Position numbers and translations under genes: made by a program. Positions 42,775 to 56,040 of a DNA stretch of 64,000 nucleotides are shown piece after piece; the first letter of the stretch is position 1, and the number at the start of each line of letters is the position of its first letter. Below the pieces are notes generated by a model. The model did not search any database. It saw only the letters and a list, made by a program, of their open reading frames with translations, and was not told the DNA's origin. This DNA comes from the human T2T-CHM13v2.0 reference genome, Homo sapiens: the NCBI RefSeq assembly GCF_009914755.1, contig NC_060932.1. One strand, 5' to 3'.

Positions 42775-43622
42775 CTTTTTTCAAGGTTTTTAACTTGGAA
42801 CCAACCCAAATGTCCAACAATGATAGACTGGATTAAGAAAATGTGGCACGTATACACCATGGAATACTATGCAGCCATAAAAAATGATGAGTTCATGTCC
42901 TTTGTAGGGACATGGATGAAGCTGGAAACCATCATTCTCAGCAAACTATCGCAAGGACAAAAAAACCAAACACCGCATGTTCTCACTCATAGGTGGGAAT
43001 TGAACAATGAGAACACATGGACACAGGAAGGGGAACATCACACACCGGGGACTGTTGTGGGGTAGGGGAGGGGGGAGGGATAGCATTAGGAGATATACCT
43101 AATGCTAAATGATGAGTTAATGGGTGCAGCACACCAACATGGCACATGTATACATATGTAACAAACCTGCACGTTGTGCACATATACCCTAAAACTTAAA
43201 GTATAATAATAATAAAATTAAAAAAAAAAGAAAAAAGAAAAATAGCTTCATATCCACTAGCATGATTGTATTCAAAAGCACATAATAACTTGTGTGGTCC
43301 ATGTAGAGAAATTAGAATACTCATGCCTTATTGGTGGGAATGTAAAAGATTACAGGTTCTTTAAAAAACAGATTTTTCACCTTCTCAAAATGTTCAACAT
43401 ATGATCCATGAATTTCACTTCTACTTATATATTAAAGGGAAGTGAAAACACACTCCCACACAAAAACTATATACAAATGTTCAAAGCAGCATTATTCATG
43501 ATAGCCAAAGAATGGAAACAATCCATGTGCCTTTCAACTGATGAATGGATAAATAAAATGTTGACTAACCATATAATGGAATCTTATTTGTTAATAAAAA
43601 ATGAATAATTACAAATAAAAAA
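42775..43622 (+). mobile_element. 5'-truncated/inverted L1PA4 with 3' transduction
   Basis: 18-bp TSD aagaaatgcataggcata (42757-42774 and 43623-43640); L1PA 3' end 42793-43242; extra ~370 bp with its own AATAAA and A-tail. Confidence 0.85.
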
Positions 43623-43920
43623 AAGAAATGCATAGGCATAAACAAGCTTGTGGAAAAAAAAACACCACAACAGAGTTTTTGTCAATGTAGAACTGGGGAA
43701 GCGGAAATGCATGGGTTCTAGCGAATGTCCAGTTGACCACACAGAATGCCAAGGGCATCCTTCAGGATGTTCTAGAAGAAGGAGGCAGAGTAGAGCACCA
43801 TTTAATCAGTGAGTTGGTGAAGTGGAACTGATGATGAAAGTCCCCACTGTATCCAGATTGTCCTTATCTGCATTCATTGTTCTTCTTTTCATTCCTGCTC
43901 AGGGGAAGCTAGTTCCCTTA

Positions 43921-44418
43921 TATAGTAGCCAGGAATTCTCTAGAGAAACAGAACCAATTGGATATAGATAAAAAGAGATTTATTAGAAGGTATTGGCTCA
44001 CATGATTATGGAGGCTGAGAAGTTTCACAATCAGCAGATTTTCCACAGTCTGCAAGCTGAGGACCCAAGAAAGCCAGTGGTGTAGTTCAAAGGCCTGAGA
44101 GCTGGAGAGTGGAAGATGAAGATTTTAGTCCGGGGAGAACTGGGAACACTGAGGGTGGAGGGAGATGGATGTCACAGCTCAGAAGTCAGGCAAAGAGCAA
44201 ACTTAGCCTTCCTCTGCTTTTCGTTCTATTCAGGCCCTTAACAACTTGCGTGATGCCCAGCCACACTGCGGAGGGCCATCTGCTTTACTCAGCCCACCAA
44301 TTCAAATGCCAATCTCATCTAAAAACACCTTTGTAGATGCAGGCAGAAATAATGTTTTTCCAGCTAGCTGGGCATCCCTTGGTCCAGTCAAGTTGACTCA
44401 TGAAGTTAAACCTTCACA
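43921..44418 (-). mobile_element. MLT2B-like ERVL LTR
   Basis: ttctctagagaaacagaaccaat...gtccagtcaagttgac...aaccttcaca. Confidence 0.8.
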
Positions 44419-44419
44419 C

Positions 44420-45030
44420 CCTCCCATCCCAGGAAATCTCTCCACCTCTTCCCTAGATCCATCCAGCCCTGTCTACTCAGAACACTTGCTCTGCCAGTTG
44501 GCTACTCTCTTATTTTCCTGATCTTCTCCTCTTGTTCATTTCCCTAGACCTACAAGTATGCTAAGGACTTCCTAATGCTAAAAAGGATCATTAATGAATA
44601 AATGAATTGAGATGCAACATTTCACCAATAATCTGTTCCTTGATCTTGCTCTTTTATCCTTCTCTTCCCATATTTCTCCCCTTGCTGCCAGACTTCTTAA
44701 AGGAATAGCTGCACTTTCACTTCTCTGAATATTTCTTCTGTCTAATGCCTTCTGGCCTCCACACTACAGCTTTACTGAAATTGATCTTTCTAACACCCAC
44801 ACTATCCTTCTAATTCTCCATTTCATCCTGATTCTATTCCCCCTCTCCACATTGTCTGCTGCCCTTGGTAAACTCCTTTTCAAATTTTCTACTCCTGTGA
44901 CATTTGTGGCATCATCTTCTGAGTATCTCTTCTTCTGATGTGTCTTTTCCGTCTCTCTGTGGTTTTCTCTTCCTTGTTCTGTCTCTTAAATGTTGGTGTT
45001 TCTTGGTGTTTCACTTTTCGTATTCATTCA
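44420..45030 (+). mobile_element. L2 fragment
   Basis: CT-rich; tctcttaaatgttggtgtttc. Confidence 0.5.
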
Positions 45031-45036
45031 ACATAT

Positions 45037-45960
45037 TGTCAGGGCCAGGGCCTGTGTTCTTTCCCTACCTGTCCGGAAGCTGAGCCGCAGATTCTGACAC
45101 CCATCTCAGCATAGTCCTGGGGAGTAGGGCTGGGGTGTAGGGTGGGGACAGTGAGAGTTCTTAGAAGGAACTGATGTTTCTTATACAGATCAGTGCCTGA
45201 GTCTGGCCTTGGGAAGTAAAAGCTGGGAGGCTAGGGGAGACATCTGGGATAGCCAATGAGGGGAGAGGCAGTGGCTACGCTTCCCATGCTTGGTGGGGCA
45301 GGGACACTGGAATGCCCACAGGCACCCAAGATCTCTGTCTGGAAAGAACTCAGCCCTGGAGATCCAGCCCGCACCTAAGATCTTTGTCCTGAAAGAACTC
45401 AGCCCGTCACCCAGGCAGGGCAAAACTGTTGTGGTCACCAAGGGCAGTAGCACCAGGGGCAGGAATTGAGCCTGGATGAGAGGTCACTGCTGGTGCAGCA
45501 CAGATGTCCCCCTTTGGCTGTCTCTGAAGGTCCCACTGCTTCTCCACTTCAAAGAGCCAGCATTTGGATGCCATTCATGACAGAAGGACCGGATAGCTAG
45601 GTTAAAGGTGTTTTTACTTCTTTTCTTTTCATCCTCTTTTCCTGTGCTTTCACTCGCTGCAAGGAGGGGCTTGAAGTACCAAGCAGGGGTGGCAGCAAGA
45701 GAGGCAGATGTGGGATAAGCAGAAGGAGAGCCTAGACTCTGCCTCTGTCACCTCTGGGCCCTGCAGAGAGTTACTGTCAGGGGAGAGGGGCACTAGTGGG
45801 CTGGGGAGAGAATCAGGTAGTAGTTAATGCACAGGTTAGGAAGTAGTGGTCTAAGCAATAGAGATAAGAATCATTAATTCAGGTGTTTGAACAGTCATCT
45901 TGTGGCAGGATCATGACTGTTTATGTCATTGGAATGAAAATGGTGAAATGTGGCCATGCC
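45037..45960. mobile_element. Possible ancient LTR (LTR78/MamGyp-like)
   Basis: GC-richer block starting tgtcagggcc with an internal 35-bp direct repeat; family uncertain. Confidence 0.3.
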
Positions 45961-46720
45961 ATTTCCAGTCACTCAATAGGTATTTATTGGATGCTTACCA
46001 GGTGACCAGTATATCTAGAGCTGGTCTTAGCACTAAGAAAGTTTCAAGCCCCTTCTTGGCTTTCTACAGCTGTTAGTAAGACTCTCCTAGTGACTCTCAG
46101 AAAGCTCCATCTTACTGAAGACACAGATGCATTCTTTGCCATCAATACCAGCATCGTTTAATCTAAAATGCATACACCGTAAATCAGAGGAGTGGTTCCA
46201 TATTGAGGAGGGAATACTTTATTTTTGTACTCCAACAGTTTATTTTTCAAATATTTCTAAATGAACCAAGTGCCCAGAAATGGTGAAACTTTAATTCCTC
46301 CAGTTCCTGGTGGATAGGTTCAAAAGTGTGAAAACACTCACCACTATGTTCCTGCCTAAAATCCCTAGGAGAAGGGGGCTCATTTTCTCACCTCTCTATT
46401 GCTAAATTAGAATTCAGCTACTTTCTACAGCTGAATTAGAGCCTGTACTTCAGCCAAAACACAGTGTGGATTAGACAACTAAAGACGTCTTTTCAAGTGA
46501 AACAAAGCAATTTACGCCAGGCAGGAAGTGTCCAGTGTGGCATCTGACTTTGTATGCGCTCTCAGGCCCTGTGGGTGCCAACAAGAGAGGTGCAATGAGG
46601 CAGGTAGTTGTTGGGAACCTGAGCCAAACATAGAAGCCAAACCCCTCAGGGACCCGCAGCTGCCACCACTGTTGGTGCAGGTGAGCAGGTTGTGTTTCCA
46701 TAGGGAGGAGTCAATGTCAA

Positions 46721-46856
46721 GTGCGCAAGTGTGCGTGTGTGTGTGCGTGCGTGTGCATGTATGTGCGTGTGTGTGTGCGCATATGTGCGTGTGCGTGCAT
46801 GTGTGATGTGTGCGCATGTACGTGTGCGCGTGTGTGTGTGCGTGTGTATGCATACG
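46721..46856. repeat. Compound (TG/CG/CA)n purine-pyrimidine tract
   Basis: ~135 bp of near-continuous alternating RY. Confidence 0.9.
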
Positions 46857-46869
46857 GCCTTTCATATAT

Positions 46870-47050
46870 GCTATTCCGTGTAACCCTTTAGATGAGTATT
46901 GTCCCATTTTCACGAATGAGTAGACTGAGGCAGACAGAGTGGCCAGTGTAACTGATGCAGGTTAAATGGTGAATACATGGTGCTGTTGGGATCTGAATTC
47001 TGGTCTTTGACCCCAAAGCCCGTGGACATCCCATTCCCCACACTGCCACT
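46870..47050 (-). mobile_element. MIR SINE
   Basis: cccattttcacgaatgagtagactgaggcagacagag. Confidence 0.6.
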
Positions 47051-47099
47051 CCGATGGCTCCTTCTTGTAGTTGCTTCAAAGCACTGTGTATCCTGGTGA

Positions 47100-47485
<386 letters not shown>

Positions 47486-47732
47486 AAGTGTCCTCATCTG
47501 TAAAATGAGACAGATGAAGTAGATGAGCCCAAAGTGCCTGGTACATAAAACACTTAGCAATTATTTGGTGAATGAATGAAAGATTGAATGGAACCCAGGG
47601 CTCAGTCGGCTGTGTGTTGAGGATGGGGTAAAGTGGGAGAACTAGGCAGGCGGAGGAACATAGAGACGTCTCTGTACATAACAGAATTTAGAAAGACACT
47701 TACTACTAGGGCCACGTGGTGAAACCTGTAGT

Positions 47733-47996
47733 CTCTTTCTCTCTCCCTTCCCTTCCCTGCCCTCCTCTCCTTTTCCCTTTCCCTCTTTTTTCTTTCTTTC
47801 TTCCTTCTTCCTTCCTTCCTTTTTTCTCTTTTATTTCTTTTCTTCTCTTTCTTCTTTTCTGCTTTCTTTCTTCTTTTTCTATCTTTTTCTCTTTCTTTCT
47901 TCTCTCTCTCCTTTTTTAGCTCCCTCCCTTCCTTCCTTCCTTCTCTCTTCCTTTCTTTTTTTCTTCTTTTCTTTCTCCCTTTCTTTCTTCTTTCTT
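47733..47996. repeat. CT-rich low-complexity polypyrimidine tract
   Basis: ~260 bp almost entirely C/T. Confidence 0.9.
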
Positions 47997-49160
47997 AGCA
48001 AACAAACAAAGATCCAGTTTCAATGGGTTGGTTAAATGACTTACTTTGATGTGGCTACTTTGTAGACCTAGATATACAACTCAACACTGGCTGTTGTGTG
48101 GAAAAGAACAGAAGCGAAACTTGAAAGCTGTTGCCTGTTTATATTTGCTGCAAAGAGGGATATGCAGAGTTGATGATTTTCTTGTATCTGAGCCCATTAA
48201 TCAGTCTTTGAATATGTGATAGAAGTTCTTGAGCCCAGCAGGGAGTGGAGAATGGAATTGCACAGCATATGCAAACAGGAAGGTTGGGAGGCAAGAGTGC
48301 TGCTGAGGAAGAGCTTTGGGGGTGGGGGCCAGCGGTTCAACTGAGATGCTGACTTATTTTGTTCTCACTTTTATCTTCAGCAACATCTGTTACCATCATG
48401 CATGCTTTGTGATTTTGAGGGAAATTTAAAAGGTGCAGTATGGGTTATCGTAGAAGAGGAAAGAGAACAGCTGCCGGAGCTAAGAAGAAAGTGAGTTGGA
48501 TGGTTTAGCAAGGACCAAGAGCACTCAGCCCCTGTCCAATGCTCCTGGCATTCCACCGAAATCGAGGGACAATCTCCGACAACCTCTAACCTCACCTTGT
48601 ACAGGAGCTAGTTTTGTTTACATTTCAAAACAGAGCGTGACCTTAGATGAAAATGAGAGTCTTGAGCACCTGGGGCATTGCAAAGGCAAGGACTCCCGCT
48701 CACTAATTAGAGGGAGAGAGGGGCATTTTGTTTAGGGGGCACAGTAAAGGCAGGGCCAGAGTACACACGGTTGCTTTATGTTAGGACCCAGTGGGAGACC
48801 ACTGGTGTCAAGGGATATGAATATTTAACATTTTCCCAAGGAAACACTGAATCTGTTAGTTTTATCCTTCTGCATATAACAAGATGTATGCAAGAGAAAG
48901 ACAGAGGACAATTCAGGGTCACTGGATCCAACTAGTTATGAAACAGAACGAAGTGAGAGAGAAGCACCAGCAGACTGAAAACCATGTAGAAAAATAACAC
49001 TAACAGTAACTGTGGTTGACAACAGCAATCTCAGAACTAAAAACTTTTCATTTTTAAAAAGCTTCCTAGTAATTAATAAGAGGAGTGAGAGTAGGAAAGG
49101 TGTTTTGTGTTTTTTGTGGGAAAATTATTTTTACCTCAATTTAAAAAAATGTTAATTGGA

Positions 49161-49452
49161 GGCCAGGCACAGTGGCTCACGCCTGTAATCCCAGCACTTT
49201 GGGAGGCTGAGGCAGGCAGATTGCTTGAGCTCAGGAGTTCGAGACCAGCCTGGGCAACAAGGTGAGATCCCGTCTCAACTAAACGTACAGAATAGCCGGG
49301 TGTGGTGGCATGCCCTGTAGTCCCAGCGACTTGGGAGGCTGAGGTGGGAGGATCACTTGAGCCTGGGGGGGTGGAGGTTGCAATAAGCTGAGATCGTGTC
49401 ACTGTACTCCAGCCTGGGCGACAGAGTGCCCCTGTCTCAAAAAAAAAAAAAA
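49161..49452 (+). mobile_element. AluJb
   Basis: ttgcttgagctcaggagttcgag, ggaggatcacttgagcc; poly(A). Confidence 0.9.
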
Positions 49453-49749
49453 ATTAATTAGATGGTACTGGGCTGATACAGTTTATTTCTGTCCATTCTT
49501 TCTTCCCTTTAACTGCTTGCCAGCTACTTTGTTGAGCCTCTATTCAATTACTCAGCTAGTCTTCATTTAAATGATCAGAGATTCTTTCATTCAGTAGTGC
49601 ATATGATTATCACATAACATTTATTCATTGGGGGTGGGGTTAATGGAAGATAACTATGGGTTTCAGGTAAACCCATATCTGATTAATTATGTTTCAGTGG
49701 GAACTCCATAGTTTTTCAACTTATTATAATTGGGGAGTTTACATTCCCC

Positions 49750-50180
49750 TGATAAAAGAAAAACTTCAGCTGAATTAAATTTAAAAGAGTTTAATTGAGC
49801 AATGAACGATTCGTGAATCGGGCAGCCCCCAGAATCACAGCAGATTCACAGAAACTCCAGGGGTGCCTCATGGTCAGAACACACTTATAGACAAAAAAGG
49901 TAAAATGGCGTACAGGAATCAGAAATGAGGTACAGAAACAGTGAAATTAGTTACAGCTCGGCGTTTGCCTTCTTTGAACGCAGTTTGAACATTCAGCAGT
50001 CTATGAGTGGTTGAAGTATGGCAGCTGGGATTGGCCAGCGCTCAGCCATTGTAACAGGTGCATACTACTAAGCTGGGTTTTCAATTTTGTCTGACTATTA
50101 GGCTAAGTTACAGTTCATCCAGAAGGACTCAAATATAGAGTACAGAGTCCTTCTCAGGCCATATTTAGTTTGCTTGAACA
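49750..50180 (-). mobile_element. ERV1 solo LTR, MER57-like
   Basis: tgataaaagaaaaacttcagctgaattaaattt...ctcaggccatatttagtttgcttgaaca; ~430 bp with TG...CA ends. Confidence 0.75.
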
Positions 50181-51069
50181 CTGCCATCATGATATTGCAA
50201 AATATTTTTTACCAAGAAGCTCAAAGCAATATTATTGAATAGTTATGAAATCAATTGAAAATAGGTAAATATTCTATAACTAGTTGTAGAAATGGAAAGA
50301 TGTACATTCTGAGTCCAATCTGAAATCACTGCCTACCTCTCTTCAACCTTCTCCTTCTATATCTGTAGTTCATTAATATCATCATCTTCTATCCAGAGAC
50401 CCAAGAGTTGTCTTTTCATCTCTATGCCCCTAATTCTGTACATCTTATGAGTAGCCAGATCCCTTTGTTACACCACCTACTGATGTCTAAAATTAGCATT
50501 TTTTCTCCCCATTTCCTCTGCCCTGGTCAAGCCTTCATTGGCCCATCTGAACTGATCTCCCAGCCTCTGATCTCAGCATCCCCCCTTGCGAACTTCAAGT
50601 GCCTCGGATGCAAGCCCCTTAACTCCTTGCCATCATATGTACAAACGTTGCCTGCATCACCTACAAGGCTGTGAGTTCCGGAGGGGTTGGGGGCGGGTCT
50701 GTCTGATCCACCTTTGTGTCATCAGTACAATGCCTGGTAGGTTGGCTGTGAGTAAACCTACATGCTATTCATCTATCTGTTTATCCACCATCCATCCCTT
50801 CAACATATATTAATGAGGCCCTATTATGGGCAGGCACACTTGTAGGTAAATGAGAATATGGAAGTAAACAAAATAGATATTGCTGTCCTTAGATATGTTG
50901 CTTCTTACACTGATGCATACACTTAAACCTTTATAAAGACATTTTATAAATTTATGGAGTCAGATCAGTGTTTTCCTCTATGATTTGTGCTTTTGTGCAT
51001 TGCATATTTCAGTTCTAAACCATACATAATAAAGCCATAATAAATATCTCCCACAGCAGAATTTTGATT

Positions 51070-51290
51070 AAGAACTCAGGCTTGGAAATAAAATTACCTG
51101 AGTTCAAATCTCATCTTTGCCACTAAAATCTGGACAAATTTGTTAACTATTCTATGCTTCAGTGTGATATCATTGATTACCATGAGAATAATTATTTAAC
51201 TCATTAAAGTTGTTTTGAAGATTAAATGAGCTAATACAGTGAGATGCCTGTAGAATGGTAACTCATAAATAGTAAGCTTATATTATTGTA
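51070..51290 (+). mobile_element. MIR SINE
   Basis: cctgagttcaaatctcatctttgccact...gattaaatgagctaatac. Confidence 0.6.
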
Positions 51291-51399
51291 GGTAGTATGT
51301 TTGTTTCTTATTATTCTCTCTTTCGTCCATCTGAAGTTTATTTTCATTTATGGTGTAAGTTGGGAATTCAATTTTATGTTCTTTTTTGTTATTTTCTTT

Positions 51400-52056
<657 letters not shown>

Positions 52057-52059
52057 TAA

Positions 52060-52545
52060 TTCTTGATTTGATCTACTCTGCTCTGTGGAATCTGGACCCT
52101 GCCTCTCTCTCATATTTCCCTTTTTTGTGACTCTATCTGTGGTTCAGATACCCTGCCTTCTTTTGTGGTCCAGGAACATACCAGTGTCTTTTCCTCCCTG
52201 GGGCCTTTGCACTTGCTATTTTCTCTTCTTGGAATGTTTTTCTCCCCAAGTTTTATACTGATGCCCCAAGTCATTCAGGCCTTCCCTGACCACCCAGTAG
52301 AAAAGGTATCATTCTTCCTGCCCTAACAAACCAAGGCAGTCTCTATTTTATCATCATTTCATTAACTTTATTCCATTTTGTTTTACTCATCACATTTCGG
52401 ATCTGAAATTTGGTTTGATTAATTATTTTTCTTCCCCTGCTAGAATGTAAGCTTCATTGGAACAGAAACCATTAGCTGTTTTATTTATTGCTGTATCCCC
52501 AACATCTAGAACAGTGCCCGGGAAATAGTAGATAATAATTAGTGA
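52060..52545 (+). mobile_element. L2a 3' fragment
   Basis: gggcctttgcacttgct...ctagaatgtaagctt...gctgtatccccaacatctagaacagtgcc. Confidence 0.75.
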
Positions 52546-55029
52546 TTAGTCTGTACTTTTCTCCTGATCCAAACAGGCTTGCTTTCTAGATGGAGAATAC
52601 TGGCAACAGTACGGAAGGTTGATTTGAGGTGCTACAGAGTGACTTAGGATGGGGACTGGCTGGACAAGGGCAGGAATGGTGGAGAAGGAGACATGCCGGA
52701 GGCCTGGCAAGCTGGCCCGTTATTGATTTATGTGTGCTTGTGTGAGAAGATCGAGGTTTTCCTGGCTTGGAGCCCTGGCGTTGGCTGTGCACCATGCCTG
52801 GAATTTCTTTCACTGGCTTATTATTTCAGTCTCACATTAAATGTAACCTGCTCATAGAGGCCTTTCTGGAGGCCTCTCTGTAAAGTGGATCTCCAGAGAC
52901 TTGGTACAATCAGTGGAGACATTGAGATGCTGAATACCCTGAGAATTTAAACGTGTATGTCAAACATTTAAAGGTAGGCACTAAGGCCATTAGAATGTGA
53001 GCTCCAATGAGGCAGGAGTTCTGTCTCTTCTCTCTCACCCTGTTTCAGCTCCTGGCACATAGTAAATACTCAGCAAATATTTATGGAATGAATCAATATT
53101 TGGTTTTCCTGTGGCTTGTTTTGTTTTCCTGTTAACTTTGCTTTTCTACTTTGATGTTGCGATGATTAATTTTTTTTCCTTTGGGCCTAAACATTTAAAG
53201 CTGTTGCTTTGAATGACGTGTCTGTTTTAGAAGACACTCTGCCAGATTGTGGTGCTGTTTATCTGCATGTCAGATGTCTGCCTTCTTCCCCGTGCCACTG
53301 CTTTTTGGGCTGGTTTGACTTGGAGGATATCCCTATCTTGTTACCCTGGCATCTCTTCAGAAATTCACAGTCACAGAGAAGCTTTCGGTGGGGGAAGAGT
53401 TCAAGTATGAAATCCTAAGATTCGTAGGCACTAGTTCAAGACAGGCTTGTAAGATTATGGATGATAGAAAGGTAGGAGAATTCAAATCAAACCAAACATT
53501 TATTTAGTGCTTGCTGTGTGCAGGAAATTGTAGTGTATGCTACGGGGAATATTTCAAAGTTAATGTGCCCTGAAGAGCAAACAAGGCAGCTCGGAAAGAT
53601 GATTCCACTCCAGAACAACCACATTTACATTGGGACATACCGAGGGAGACATTGTGGAAACAGATGTGATGCCTGGGAGACAGCTGGCTTTGGAGTGCCG
53701 AGGTCCAGCCTTGAGATTTTAAGAATCATCTAGGATGGGAGCAAACATTCAAAATGGCGACCTCAAAAGTACAGTAAGGTCCTGGATAACTCTTCAAAAC
53801 TGAAAAAAATCGTATTGCAGATTGTATTCACAGAGGTAGAAAGATGGACCCAAGGAGAAACATTTAAAAAAAAAATGATAAAGTCTGGACTGTTTGGCTC
53901 ACCTTAACTAGGGTATCAGAATTCTCCAGTCCTCTTAATGAGCACTTGGTAAATGTCTACGTCCTAGAATCGGCAGTACACCCACCTCTGACAGAAGAGG
54001 CGAGTGCTCCATTCTACAGGTGACAGAGAACCTTCGAAACTGCTGAGCTCTGGAGCTTCCATTTCCCCAGACAGCCCAGGTGGGAAACCAGGATCTGTGT
54101 TCCAAAGACTCAGAACAAACATTTCTTAGCGCTGAGCCTCCACACACAGAATGGAGTTGTGATTAATACTCTGGGAAAGGAAAGTTCTGCCCGTGTGGTG
54201 AGAAATGAAGCCAGAGTTTGAAACCAAGATGGCCAGGCCCTTACGCACATCTGCCTCTAGGTTGCTATCATTACATCACATGCAAGGAAGCAACCAGGCA
54301 AGATGAGACCCTTTGACAGGGAGCAGCAGGCACGGCCTCTGTGAGGGCTCAGCAGGCATTTGCTGATGTGGCGTGTGATCTGCGGGAGCCTCTGTCCTCT
54401 CTTCTATGCCCAAATACTCCCAGCAGTCTCTCAGGAGTTTGCCGTGCCCATGAGAGTGAAGGGTGGTTTTGCTCAAGACTGTGATAGGCAGCAAGCTCCT
54501 TAAACAACTGTAAACAGTCCTCGGAGTAGGAGGGATATTCACTCACTGTACAGGAACAGTTAGTTGGGTAGAAATAAGCGGGCTAGTCCCTGGAGAAATA
54601 TGGAACAGGGTGAGTATTTATAATGGTGCAGATGGGGTGGAACAGAAGGAGAAAGCAGAGAAAAATCTCAGAAAGGGAGGCTGGGTTGTGGTGGGTGTTA
54701 AAGAGGCAATCTGGGGGTTTGGGGTGTCCTGTAGTTACAGGGCACAGACAAAAATAAGACAGGAGCATGCCAAAGAAAACTCTCACTGCTTCGCCTTTTG
54801 GCCCCAAGGCCAGTCTTAAGTGACTAGGAAGGGGGCAGCCAGGTCAGATGGTGGTTAAAGTCATTTGCTCTGAGACATCCTGCTGGGGCTGCATCCCCTT
54901 CACACAACAAGCAGATGGATTTTCCTCTTGGCCTGGGGAATTATTTGCTCTCAGGTTGCACATCTTCATAGGAGTGCTTGGCAAGTGTGGGTAAATGCCA
55001 TCAAAAATTTCCCAGCCCTTTTGTGAAGA

Positions 55030-55260
55030 TGGTCTCTTACCATGCACAGAGCACTTAGCACCTTGCCAGGTACCATGCTTAATATCTCATTTAATCCCCA
55101 GGACAACCCCATTAGCAGGTTCTATACTATAATCCCCCATTTCCTAATGTGAAAAGGAGGGCACAAAGAAGTCTAACAGCTTCCTCAAAGTCATGATGGA
55201 GCCGGGATTCAAACTCGGGTCCTTTTCTGCAAAGTTTTTGATGCTAACCTCTACACACTT
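55030..55260 (-). mobile_element. MIR SINE
   Basis: atctcatttaatcccca...gagccgggattcaaactcggg. Confidence 0.65.
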
Positions 55261-55364
55261 TGGTCTGATTACCAGGAACATTATCTTTCCTGTTATGGTG
55301 GTGAGTTGACTGCTGGAATCCCAAAACCCTGGTAATGTATGAAAGGTACATAAATTAGCCATTC

Positions 55365-55535
55365 TTGACCTTTTCAAATACCAAATAAATTTTAACAAGC
55401 CTTTATGTAAAACTGACTTTTATTACAATTAAAAAAGAACAAAGACAATTTGATAAGTGCCTTTAATTACAACATACCTGCTATTTACATGTAATCATAC
55501 TTTTATATATAGCTTGAATAAGTTTTATTACATGT
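55365..55535 (-). terminator. Cleavage/polyadenylation site
   Basis: Minus-strand AATAAA at 55419-55424 (second at 55524-55529), several upstream UGUA, downstream ttgttaaaatttatttggtatttg. Confidence 0.7.
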
Positions 55536-55819
55536 AAACTATAAGATATTACAAGTTAAACTCCAGTCTTTTCTGGATATTCAATTGAAATACTACTGGC
55601 AGAAACATACAGAAAACAAATACCCATTTCAGTTCCTCAGGTACCATTACTGGTTGAATGATCAAGATCTGGCCACAGAAGAGAAGTGGAAATATGCATC
55701 AAAACAAAACTTATTCTTAACATGACTAACAGTATTGTTATTTAAACCCTAAACATAATTAATAATTGGATCATTAAAAACACAACTTCAATTTATATAG
55801 CACCTTTCTTCCGAAGAGT

Positions 55820-56040
55820 TGAAAGCATTCGTGCTTATCTCTATTATTTCGTTTGTCCCCATAACATCTCTATGAGGTAGGCAATGGTTAGTATCATTAT
55901 CCCCATTTTGTATATGGAGAAACTGAGGCACAGAGAAGTTAAATCATTTGCTCGAGGTCACATAGTAAAGTCAATGCTGGAACAGGGACCACAGCCCTGT
56001 GCTCTTGTCTCCAAAACCCATGTTTCCCTTTACACTAAAT
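55820..56040 (-). mobile_element. MIR within the putative UTR
   Basis: attatccccattttgtatatggagaaactgaggcacagagaagttaa. Confidence 0.75.
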
